46,211 bases of DNA from a virus. Taxonomy: Duplodnaviria; Caudoviricetes. Of the stretch, positions 45,699 through 46,211 are shown one piece after another (the first letter of the stretch is position 1; each line of letters starts with the position of its first letter). The DNA lies in the IMG/VR virus record IMGVR_UViG_3300029142_000005, positions 1 to 46,211 of that record. One strand, given 5' to 3'. The translations under genes and the position numbers were made by a program. The notes beneath the pieces are model-generated. The model worked only from the letters and a program-made list of their open reading frames with translations, had not been told where the DNA came from and made no database searches.

Positions 45699-46211
45699 AC
45701 CCAATTACTTGCTAATAGCATCAATCTCCGATCTGGAAGCCAGTAGCTATTCCCCCATCTGGAATGCCTCTCAGAGCCACAGAGAAGCCCGTAGAGGTGC
45801 TATCTCCGGTTTTCAGGTACCTACCTAGCCAAATTGGCTCTTGCCGATTCTGAGGCAATCCTGCCAGCCAGCCGCTCCCCTATAGATTATAGCTTAGAGC
45901 CTAGAGAATAGACGCTATAGCTAGAGACTATGGCTTAGAATAGATGCTCTATTGTCTAGGCTGCTAACTAAAGGCTTCAATCTACTCTCTATCAGGCTAA
46001 AGCCTACAGCCTAAACCTTCCAAGCTTAAGCTTATAGTGAACTGTAATATAACCATATGCCTATTCTGTTATATATCAGCCTTGTTATATGAATTTGTTA
46101 TTAATATCAGTAGGTTAGATTTACCGGATTGTTCGGGGGATAGATGCTCCACTAGCCTACTCAACCCCTTGAAACTCCAGGCTTTTTCTCACTTTACCGC
46201 TCTATCCGGTA

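Noticed and set aside
1-46211. Stop-codon reassignment, tRNAs, integrase, RNA polymerase, DGR reverse transcriptase
   Set aside because: Genes are full length and densely packed in the standard code. No such motifs were recognised, despite the BPP-1-like head module.

Overview
Near-complete genome (about 46 kb) of a lytic podovirus, probably infecting a marine alphaproteobacterium (inference). Nucleotides 1-17 are a random-amplification primer, not phage DNA. The + strand arm (253-23379) carries packaging, lysis and virion genes: TerS, amidase, head-spike base/fibre, holin and spanins, TerL, a BPP-1/epsilon15-type portal, scaffold, capsid and cement, T7-like tail tube and ejection proteins, and a tail fibre. 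The convergent - strand arm (23372-44689) carries early and replication genes: family A DNA polymerase, primase-helicase, exonucleases, SSB, class II RNR, dCMP deaminase, an ECF-type sigma factor, a phiEco32/LUZ24-like amide-ligase cluster and a DenV-like glycosylase. I found no RNA polymerase, integrase, tRNA or CRISPR array. Features missing from the ORF track: (1) a bipartite promoter TTAACAWWW-N13-AGTATATAGTA in three copies with identical spacing, one antisense over the primase start; (2) a six-copy TATCGCTTGT array beside a lone + strand gene; (3) a 52-aa ArfA-like gene; (4) a deletion scar joining methyltransferase and phosphoesterase remnants. All homology calls are from motif recognition, not database searches.
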